The translations under genes and the position numbers were made by a program. A DNA stretch of 64,000 nucleotides, taken from positions 16,678,001-16,742,000 of the forward strand of contig OZ059899.1 of assembly GCA_964057225.1 (NCBI GenBank), written 5' to 3'. The notes under the pieces were generated by a model. That model was not told the DNA's origin. It saw only the letters and a program-made list of their open reading frames with translations, and did not search any database. The DNA comes from Auanema rhodensis. Its lineage: Eukaryota > Animalia > Nematoda. This document shows, one piece after another, positions 17,347-26,600 of this stretch (its first letter is position 1; each line of letters starts with the position of its first letter).

Positions 17347-18091
17347 TCACCAGAGGTAACGACCAATAGCTTTAGGGATCCAGTTATCGTAAAACTTAGG
17401 TCCAGCATACTCTGAGTGTTGACGCCACAAATGCTCTCTCTCTGTGACATTTCCCCAGGAATGAGCAAAGATCTTAAATATACATAAAGAAATTTTACAA
17501 GCGTGTTAAATAAAATACTTCAGTAGCTGATGGGTCCCACCATTTATCTCCTACAGTAAAATATACTGGTTCACCATACCACGTCCCTAAACAAAACGAC
17601 TCATTCATATAACATCTCAATGCGAAAAACCTGTCTTCCATCCTGGAACATCCTTCATAATATCTTCCTCAAGTTCTCTGTTCTTTTTGAGCATTTTCAA
17701 CCAGCTTCAAAGACATATATTTGTAAAAATAAACAGGAAAACTTACAATCTGTCTCTTTCTGCAGTCAAAAAGGGTTGCATGGCATTATTGATATCTACA
17801 TCTTCAAATTTCTCAGTGCTTTAAAGACAACTCAGTGCAAGACAATTAATTTCGTAGACTTACATGTCATCCTTCTTTCTTTCAAGAGCTTGATATGCAC
17901 CAATAGTAGAAGCTCCGAAAATAGCAGCAACCACAACACCCGCTAACAAAGATTAATTTTCTTTTATTATAGATATAATATTTTTGCTTACGTCTCCAAA
18001 CAAGTTTAGGGAAGGTGCGACTAAAGTTGAAACTTCTATAGCCACCAGGTGGTGGCATGTCCTGGCGGACACCTGGACCTTGTTGGCTCAT
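17347..18091 (-). CDS. NDUFA13: NADH:ubiquinone oxidoreductase subunit NDUFA13 (GRIM-19/B16.6), multi-exon
   Basis: MSQQGPGVRQDMPPPGGY...; PFLTAERDR; NRELEEDIMKDVPGWK; GEPVYFT...WWDPS, typical of GRIM-19, plus a C-terminal extension ending YLW*. Confidence 0.93.
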
Positions 18092-18515
18092 ACCTAAATT
18101 TCTGAATATGATCGAATCCATGAAGAGAAAGGAAAAGCCAAAATAAGAAAGTAATCTTTTTAACACGATAATAGTAAAAAATAAACATTTTCAAATTAAA
18201 AACATATGTACTTAAACAATATAATTTGAAATTGAGCATTACTTAAATAATATAATCCTTGAAAAGGAATGGAGAAAAAATAACATAACCAATAAAAAAT
18301 CAAAATGAAAAATACCTCAAAGCTATAGCATTTAGTGTATGACGTCTAAACGAAAATTTGACGTGAAATAAAAAATAAATCCGTAATTTAGGAATTTGTT
18401 GAAGAATGGCGCTAAATTCAAAAAATAACTACAATTTTTGATAATTTTATTAGCTTAAGATTTGGTTGTTTTTAATGTGGATATCAACTAATAAAGAACA
18501 TATTTAGAAGAAAAG

Positions 18516-19092
18516 ATGAATTCAACGACTATTTTGGATAATTTGTTTTTATCTGCGGAACGTCATATTGCCGATCAACTTTTGAGTGAAGATCCTATGA
18601 TAAGTGAAGATGCAGGTAATTGTGGTTACGTTCACTTTTATTTTTGTATTATTTTTTTTCAGAAAACATTCGTAGAAAAGCTTTATCTGAATGTTTGAAA
18701 GTAGAACAGGATTGTGAAACAGAATTTATTGTTCTAGGGAAGGCACGTAAATTAATTCAAGACTTAAAAGGTAGGAAGTCATATTCGTGAAAAGAAATGT
18801 TTATGATTTCAGATAGATATTGTGAAATAGAGTTGAAAAAAGCATTAACGGAAAAAGAGAAGGTTTTATTCATTTTTAATCGCAAGCGCTTCTCAATTAT
18901 ATCGTTTAGAATCAACAGCTTACGGAAAAATACCAGCTAATTACTTCACTTTTGGAAAAATATAAAATTGGAATACCTGAATTAAATATGAGATTGAAGA
19001 GAATTCAAGAAAATGAAGCAAAAAAACAAAAGATTGCTGATGAAATACTGAGTATGAAAGCATATTATGAAGTTTTGAAAAAAAGTCATTAA
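18516..19092 (+). CDS. Small (~145 aa) predicted coiled-coil protein, 4 exons; possibly kinetochore KBP-5/Zwint-like by synteny
   Basis: Clean GT-AG splicing gives MNSTTILDNLFLSAERHIADQLLSEDPMISEDAENIRRKALSECLKVEQDCETEFIVLGKARKLIQDLKDRYCEIELKKALTEKEKNQQLTEKYQLITSLLEKYKIGIPELNMRLKRIQENEAKKQKIADEILSMKAYYEVLKKSH*; divergent from NDUFA13. Identity not recognised from sequence. Confidence 0.75.
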
Positions 19093-19594
19093 GCACTAAG
19101 TGAAGCATTTAACATTCATCTTTACAAATTATCCCATTCAACTTCTTAATACGTTTGAAATGAATCCTAGCCTCCAACAATTATTTATTCTCCATAACTT
19201 TAACCTATTCTATAAAACTTGTAATTTCCTTCGTAGAAATTAATCTTAAATAAATATTTTTAAATAGTTTATAAGTTATTAAATGTGATATATAATTATA
19301 ATAGTTTTACGTTTCAATCATCAACGCACACGAAAGTATTATTACTAACCTAACCAAATCGAAGATAACTAAATGAACTTATATTTAGTATTAAAAAGTT
19401 TTTTTGTATTATCACCATAATAATAAAAATTGAAAAAACATTTTTCATAACATTGTTCATATTTGATTTTATAACAAACAAACCGCTAATCTTTACAATC
19501 ACATTTAAAATGATGATCGAAGTTTGATCCATTTTAGAATAACGAATCTCAAAGCACGGTTGAAATAGAACGTAAGTTACGAAATACATTATAG

Positions 19595-19765
19595 AAGCAG
19601 CAACGCAGCACCAGGAGCCACCTGACCAGGACCAGAAATCCCAGGAGCCGCTGAACTAGGAGCAAAAGCTGAAAAATTCGAGAATCTTCGACAGGGATAC
19701 CAGAAGCTGAAAAATTCGAGGATCTTCGAACGGAATAGCAGGAGGTGAAAAATTTGAGGAACGAA
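19595..19765 (+). repeat. Degenerate relatives of the 15-bp minisatellite plus ~3 AGCTGAAAAATTCGAG units
   Basis: ggagccacctgaccagg resembles ggagccacccgaccggg; agctgaaaaattcgag at ~19667 and ~19705, variant at ~19743. Confidence 0.55.
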
Positions 19766-20060
19766 CAACTAGTAAACCGAATTTTTGATTTTCAGTAGAG
19801 CGCGACAAGTAACAGAAGTGCTCTCTGGTATGATTTTGAAGAAAAGTTTGATTAACAACAGTAACCTATGTTATTTGGAACTTAAACATATAAAATCTAA
19901 CCCGTACAACCTGAAAAACTATTTGAAATTGGAAAATATTGTTATATTAAGGAAATATCACATCTTCAACATAGTCCCATAGTGGGGGTAATTTTGCCAT
20001 AAGATTTATAATAGATATCCGCTCTTCATTTTATCATATAGTTACTAATTATATATAAAT

Positions 20061-20132
20061 GTGGTCAATAGTCGAAAGGATAAGATGACGGACTGAGACT
20101 TAAACAGTCCAGGATCGAGTCCCCAAGGTTAC
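20061..20132 (+). pseudogene. Degenerate tRNA-like / Pol III element
   Basis: A-box-like TAGTCGAAAGG followed by ATAAG (Leu/Ser-type D arm, GTC/GAT stem), B-box-like GGATCGAGTCC, internal hairpin GGACTG-N9-CAGTCC, terminal GTGGTC/GGTTAC pairing. No canonical anticodon or T stem. Confidence 0.45.
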
Positions 20133-20169
20133 TAAATAAAACATAAGGTACGACATAGATTATAGAACC

Positions 20170-21069
20170 TGGAGCCACGGAATGAGTACTCACCGAAGGA
20201 GGAGAAACTGAAGGAGGAGAAACTGAAGGAGGAGGCACCGAACGAGGAGTCACCGAAGGAGGAGAAACTGAAGGAGGAGGCACCGAACGAGGAGTCACCG
20301 AAGGAGGAGAAAATGAAGGAGGAGGGACCGAACGAGGAGTCACCGAAGGAGGAGAAAATGAAGGAGGAGGGACCGAACGAGGAGTCACCGAAGGAGGAGA
20401 AACTGAAGGAGGAGGCACCGAACGAGGAGTCACCGAAGGAGGAGAAAATGAAGGAGGAGGGACCGAACGAGGAGTCACCGAAGGAGGAGAAAATGAAGGA
20501 GGAGGGACCGAACGAGGAGTCACCGAAGGAGGAGAAAATGTAGGAGGAGCCACCCGACCGGGAGAAACTGAAGGAGGAGCCACTCACGAAGGAGCCACCC
20601 GACCGGGAGAAACTGAAGGAGGAGCCACTCACGAAGGAGCCACCCGACCGGGAGAAACTGAAGGAGGAGCCACTCACGAAGGAGCCACCCGACCGGGAGA
20701 AACTGAAGGAGGAGCCACTCACGAAGGAGCCACCCGACCGGGAGAAACTGAAGGAGGAGCCACTAACGAAGGAGCCACCCGACCGGGAGAAACTGAAGGA
20801 GGAGCCACTAACGAAGGAGCCACCCGACCGGGAGAAACTGAAGGAGGAGCCACTGACGAAGGAGCCACCCGACCGGGAGAAACTGAAGGAGGAGCCACTG
20901 ACGAAGGAGCCACCCGACCTGGAGCAACTGAAGGAGGAGCCACTGACGAAGGAGCCACCCGACCTGGAGCAACTGACGGAGAAGCCACTGACGAAGGAGC
21001 CACCCGACCTGGAGCAACTGACGGAGAAGCCACTGAAGGAGGAGCCACTGAAGGAGGGGTCACCCGACC
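20170..21069 (+). repeat. Purine-rich minisatellite block 1: 45-bp units made of three 15-bp subunits, two subfamilies
   Basis: (ggagtcaccgaagga ggagaaaatgaagga ggaggcaccgaacga)n to ~20540, then (ggagccacccgaccg ggagaaactgaagga ggagccactNacgaa)n. Confidence 0.95.
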
Positions 21070-21131
21070 GTATTCAGATGTGTAGAATCTGATATTCCAA
21101 GTACGATTCGGCTGTGACTTTTCACTTTTCC
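21070..21131 (-). repeat. 62-bp inverted fragment of the 200-bp satellite
   Basis: Reverse complement of ggaaaagtgaaaagtcacagccgaatcgtacttggaatatcagattctacacatctgaatac. Confidence 0.93.
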
Positions 21132-21136
21132 TAACT

Positions 21137-21747
21137 GAAACTGAAGGAGGAGGCACCGAACGAGGAGTCACCGAAGGAGGAGAAAATGAAGGAGGAGGCA
21201 CCGAACGAGGAGTCACCGAAGGAGGAGAAAATGAAGGAGGAGGCACCGAACGAGGAGTCACCGAAGGAGGAGAAAATGAAGGAGGAGGCACCGAACGAGG
21301 AGTCACCGAAGGAGGAGAAAATGAAGGAGGAGGCACCGAACGAGGAGTCACCGAAGGAGGAGAAAATGAAGGAGGAGGCACCGAACGAGGAGTCACCGAA
21401 GGAGGAGAAAATGAAGGAGGAGCCACCCGACCGGGAGCCACTCACGAAGGAGCCACCCGACCGGGAGAAACTGAAGGAGGAGCCACTAACGAAGGAGCCA
21501 CCCGACCGGGAGAAACTGAAGGAGGAGCCACTGACGAAGGAGCCACCCGACCGGGAGAAACTGAAGGAGGAGCCACTAACGAAGGAGCCACCCGACCGGG
21601 AGAAACTGAAGGAGGAGCTACTGACGAAGGAGCCACCCGACCGGGAGAAACTGAAGGAGGAGCCACTGACGAAGGAGCCACCCGACCGGGAGCAACTGAC
21701 GGAGAAGCCACTGAAGGAGGAGCCACTGAAGGAGGGGTCACCCGACC
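21137..21747 (+). repeat. Purine-rich minisatellite block 2 (same two 45-bp subfamilies, same order)
   Basis: Same units and the same terminal junction (ggaggggtcacccgaccg|tattcagatg) as block 1. Confidence 0.95.
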
Positions 21748-22060
21748 GTATTCAGATGTGTAGAATCTGATATTCCAAGTACGATTCGGCTGTGACTTTT
21801 CACTTTTCCGGAAAACAGGTTTAGATCAACCCCATCCAAAAGATTTGTTCACAAAAAAGTTCAGGCTGTAGGCACGTTGTGTCCGGTGATTGTCAATTTT
21901 TCTCAAAAATCATCAACTATAATGAAAAATAAATAATCCTAAGTTGGGTATTCAGATGTGTAGAATCTGAATTACTTGGTGTGATTTGGCTGTGACTTCT
22001 CAGTTTTCCGGAAAAAGGTTTATACCAACCCCATCCAAAAGATTTGTTCACAAAAAAGTT
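21748..22060 (-). repeat. ~1.5 monomers of the 200-bp satellite in inverted orientation
   Basis: Reverse complement of the main-array monomer sequence. Confidence 0.95.
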
Positions 22061-22344
22061 GTTCCGATATTGAATTTATTTGATTTCTATTCACAAATTT
22101 ATTAAATTTTTTATTAAAATCCAGAAGAAAAAGAGGTCCTAGCCAAATTTAACGAGAAAATTCAGATTCTACACATCTGAATACATCAGTTTAGTTTAAT
22201 CTTAGTTAGAAAACGATTATTTTTTCTTTTTTAATTTGTTTCGAATAAACTTTGTTAACACGAAAATTCAAAATCGGACATTTATTTTGAAATTATTGTG
22301 AGATTGGTCTATGAACAACCGGAAATTTCAAAAATAGTTTTTGA

Positions 22345-22420
22345 AATTATACGCAGACGTGGACTTACGTGGAAAATGGTATATAAGGAATTGCTTTCCA
22401 TAAGAAAGCAGTCAGTCGAC
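22345..22420 (+). promoter_or_regulatory. Candidate Pol II core promoter
   Basis: Two ACGTGGA motifs (~22347, ~22357), TATATAAG at 22380-22387, Inr-like TCAGTC about 32 nt downstream. Confidence 0.5.
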
Positions 22421-22459
22421 ATGTCAACTTCGGAGCTGGTCTACTTCTTCCTTCCAGGA

Positions 22460-23250
22460 CCCTGACTCCTACTCTTCTGAAGTAGATGAGTGTGAACGGT
22501 GGGCCCGATCGTCTCTGCTCTTCAACTACTAAAGTGGTGTCTCGGTCCCAGCTATGAACGCTTCATGGAATCAACTTCGCTGGATCTTCATGGAATCAAC
22601 TTCGATCAACTTCGCTGCTTCTTCGTGGTATCATCTTCATTTTTTTTTGGTTATGTACTGTTTATTTCCAGATCCCTGACTCCTACTCTTCTGAAGTAGA
22701 TGAGTGTGAACGGTGGGCCCGATCGTCTCTGCTCTTCAACTACTAAAGTGGTGTCTCGGTCCCAGCTATGAACGCTTCATGGAATCAACTTCGCTGGATC
22801 TTCATGGAATCAACTTCGATCAACTTCGCTGCTTCTTCGTGGTATCATCTTCATTTTTTTTTGGTTATGTACTGTTTATTTCCAGATCCCTGACTCCTAC
22901 TCTTCTGAAGTAGATGAGTGTGAACGGTGGGCCCGATCGTCTCTGCTCTTCAACTACTAAAGTGGTGTCTCGGTCCCAGCTATGAACGCTTCATGGAATC
23001 AACTTCGCTGGATCTTCATGGAATCAACTTCGATCAACTTCGCTGCTTCTTCGTGGTATCATCTTCATTTTTTTTTGGTTATGTACTGTTTATTTCCAGA
23101 TCCCTGACTCCTACTCTTCTGAAGTAGATGAGTGTGAACGGTGGGCCCGATCGTCTCTGCTCTTCAACTACTAAAGTGGTGTCTCGGTCCAGCTATGAAC
23201 GCTTCATGGAATCAACTTCGCTGGATCTTCATGGAATCAACTTCGCTGCT
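22460..23250 (+). repeat. 214-bp tandem repeat, 3 identical copies plus a partial fourth
   Basis: Identical ORF-track peptides at 22499, 22713, 22927 (period 214); the fourth copy diverges after ~23190. Confidence 0.95.
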
Positions 23251-23350
23251 TCTTCGTGGTATCAACTTCGCTGGGTCTACGTGGTATCAACTTCGCTGGG
23301 TCTACGTGGTATCAACTTCGCTGGGTCTACGTGGTATCAACTTCGTTGCT
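23205..23350 (+). repeat. 25-bp minisatellite (ATCAACTTCGCTGGGTCTACGTGGT), ~5-6 copies with variants
   Basis: TCAACTTCG recurs at 23212, 23237, 23262, 23287, 23312, 23337. Confidence 0.9.
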
Positions 23351-23634
23351 TCGGCGGGACAAGAAATCTCGGAGTCTACTCAACTTCACTGGTTCTACTT
23401 TTTTTTTTTTCGGTAGGGCCAGTGAAGTTGAGGAGACTCCGGGACAATGGTACTAACCGAGTCATCGTGTTAGTGCCCACCGTCCCCGCTGGATCTTCGT
23501 CGTAACAACTTCGCTGGGTCTTCGTGGTATCAACTTCGCTGGGACAAGAAATCTCGGAGTCTACTCAACATCACTGATTATACTTTTTTTTCTGGATTTT
23601 AATAAAAAATTTAATAAATTTGTCTTTATAATAT

Positions 23635-26600
23635 TTTTTTTTTCATTATAGTTGATGATTTTTGAGAAAAATTGACAATCACCGGACACAACGTGCCTAC
23701 AGCCTGAACTTTTTTGTGAACAAATCTTGTGGATGGGGTTGATCTAAACCTGTTTTCCGGAAAACTGAGAAGTCACAGCCGAATCGTACTTGGAATATCA
23801 GATTCTACACATCTGAATACCCAACTTAGGATTATTTATTTTTCATTATTGTTGATGATTTTTGAGAAAAATTGACAATCACCGGACACAACGTGCCTAC
23901 AGCCTGAACTTTTTTGTGAACAAATCTTGTGGATGGGGTTGATATAAACCTGTTTTCCGGAAAACTGAGAAGTCACAGCCGAATCGTACTTGGAATATCA
24001 GATTCTACAGATCTGAATACCCAACTTAGGATTATTTATTTTTCATTATTGTTGATGATTTTTGAGAAAAAGGAACATTCACCGAGCACAACGTGCCTAC
24101 AGCCTGAACTTTTTTGTGAACAAATCTTTTGGATGGGGTTGATATAAACTTTTTTTCCGGAAAACTAAGAAGTCACAGCCAAATCGTACTTGGAATATCA
24201 GATTCTACACATCTGAATACCCAACTTAGGATTATTTATTTTTCATTATAGTTGATGATTTTTGAGAAAAATTGACAATCACCGGACACAACGTGCCTAC
24301 AGCCTGAACTTTTTTGTGAACAAAACTTGTGGATGTGGTTGATCTAAACCTTTTTTCCGGAAAACTGAGAAGTCACAGCCAAATCTTACTCGGAATATCA
24401 GATTCTACACATCTGAATACCCAACTTAGGTTTATTTATTTTTTATTATAGTTGATGATTTTTGAGAAAAATTGACAATCACCGGACACAACGTGCCTAC
24501 AGCCTGAACTTTTTTGTGAACAAATCTTGTGGATGGGGTTGAGATAAACCTTTTTTCCGAAAAACTGAGAAGTCACAGCCAAATCTTATTCGGAATATCA
24601 GATTCTACACATCTGAATACCCAACTTAGGATTATTTATTTTTCATTATTGTTGATGATTTTTGAGAAAAAGGAACATTCACCGAGCACAACGTGCCTAC
24701 AGCCTGAACTTTTTTGTGAACAAATCTTTTGGATGGGGTTGATATAAACTTTTTTTCCGGAAAACTAAGAAGTCACAGCCAAATCACAGCAAGTAATTCA
24801 GATTCTCCACATCTGAATACCCAACTTAGGATTATTTATTTTTCATTATTGTTGATGATTTTTGAGAAAAATTGACAATCACCGGACACAACGTGCCTAC
24901 AGCCTGAACTTTTTTGTGAACAAATCTTGTGGATGGGGTTGATATAAACCTGTTTTCCGGAAAACTGAGAAGTCACAGCCGAATCGTACTTGGAATATCA
25001 GATTCTACAGATCTGAATACCCAACTTAGGATTATTTATTTTTCATTATTGTTGATGATTTTTGAGAAAAAGGAACATTCACCGAGCACAACGTGCCTAC
25101 AGCCTGAACTTTTTTGTGAACAAATCTTTTGGATGGGGTTGATATAAACTTTTTTTCCGGAAAACTAAGAAGTCACAGCCAAATCGTACTTGGAATATCA
25201 GATTCTACACATCTGAATACCCAACTTAGGATTATTTATTTTTCATTATAGTTGATGATTTTTGAGAAAAATTGACAATCACCGGACACAACGTGCCTAC
25301 AGCCTGAACTTTTTTGTGAACAAAACTTGTGGATGTGGTTGATCTAAACCTTTTTTCCGGAAAACTGAGAAGTCACAGCCAAATCTTACTCGGAATATCA
25401 GATTCTACACATCTGAATACCCAACTTAGGTTTATTTATTTTTTATTATAGTTGATGATTTTTGAGAAAAATTGACAATCACCGGACACAACGTGCCTAC
25501 AGCCTGAACTTTTTTGTGAACAAATCTTGTGGATGGGGTTGAGATAAACCTTTTTTCCGAAAAACTGAGAAGTCACAGCCAAATCTTATTCGGAATATCA
25601 GATTCTACACATCTGAATACCCAACTTAGGATTATTTATTTTTCATTATTGTTGATGATTTTTGAGAAAAAGGAACATTCACCGAGCACAACGTGCCTAC
25701 AGCCTGAACTTTTTTGTGAACAAATCTTTTGGATGGGGTTGATATAAACTTTTTTTCCGGAAAACTAAGAAGTCACAGCCAAATCACAGCAAGTAATTCA
25801 GATTCTCCACATCTGAATACCCAACTTAGGATTACTTATTTTTCATTATAGTTGATGATTTTTGAGAAAAATTGACAATCACCGGACACAACGTGCCTAC
25901 AGCCTGAACTTTTTTGTGAACAAATCTTTTGGATGGGGTTGATATAAACTTTTTTTCCGGAAAACTAAGAAGTCACAGCCAAATCGTACTTGGAATATCA
26001 GATTCTACACATCTGAATACCCAACTTAGGATTATTTATTTTTCATTATAGTTGATGATTTTTGAGAAAAATTGACAATCACCGGACACAACGTGCCTAC
26101 AGCCTGAACTTTTTTGTGAACAAATCTTGATTCTACACATCTGAATACCCAACTTAGGATTATTTATTTTTCATTATAGTTGATGATTTTTGAGAAAAAT
26201 TGACAATCACCGGACACAACGTGCCTACAGCCTGAACTTTTTTGTGAACAAAACTTGTGGATGTGGTTGATCTAAACCTTTTTTCCGGAAAACTGAGAAG
26301 TCACAGCCAAATCTTACTCGGAATATCAGATTCTACACATCTGAATACCCAACTTAGGAATATTTATTTTTCATTATAGTTGATGATTTTTGAGAAAAAT
26401 TGACAATCACCGGACACAACGTGCCTACAGCCTGAACTTTTTTGTGAACAAAACTTGTGGATGTGGTTGATCTAAACCTTTTTTCCGGAAAACTGAGAAG
26501 TCACAGCCAAATCTTACTCGGAATATCAGATTCTACACATCTGAATACCCAACTTAGGATTATTTATTTTTCATTATAGTTGATGATTTTTGAGAAAAAT

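Larger units (their letters stand above)
22405..23620 (+). ncRNA. Putative spliced, structured long non-coding RNA
   Basis: TATA upstream; repeated 44-nt GT..TTTCCAG intron-like segments; exon-like units with stops in all three frames; G-U-containing hairpins; AATAAA at 23601 and 23613. No expression evidence. Confidence 0.45.
22093..23623. other. 1.53-kb cassette bounded by 41-bp inverted repeats (22093-22133 and 23583-23623)
   Basis: acaaatttattaaattttttattaaaatccagaagaaaaag matches the reverse complement of 23583-23623 at 40/41 positions. No target-site duplication or transposase is evident. Confidence 0.85.

Noticed and set aside
20065-21770. Pro/Ser/Val-rich and Glu/Lys-rich ORFs called as genes
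   Set aside because: Products of a 15-bp-phase minisatellite open in several frames on both strands, mostly non-ATG or internal starts, running into satellite sequence.
22460-22560. Hammerhead or other ribozyme in the 214-bp repeat
   Set aside because: No intact CUGANGA...GAAA core with the required stems found on either strand.
22093-23623. Autonomous DNA transposon
   Set aside because: Inverted ends are present, but there is no transposase ORF and no target-site duplication; kept only as an unclassified cassette.
23679-23702. miR-35-like (TCACCGG) and miR-2-like (TCACAGCC) seeds in each monomer
   Set aside because: No pre-miRNA-like hairpin places them on an arm; short matches are expected by chance.
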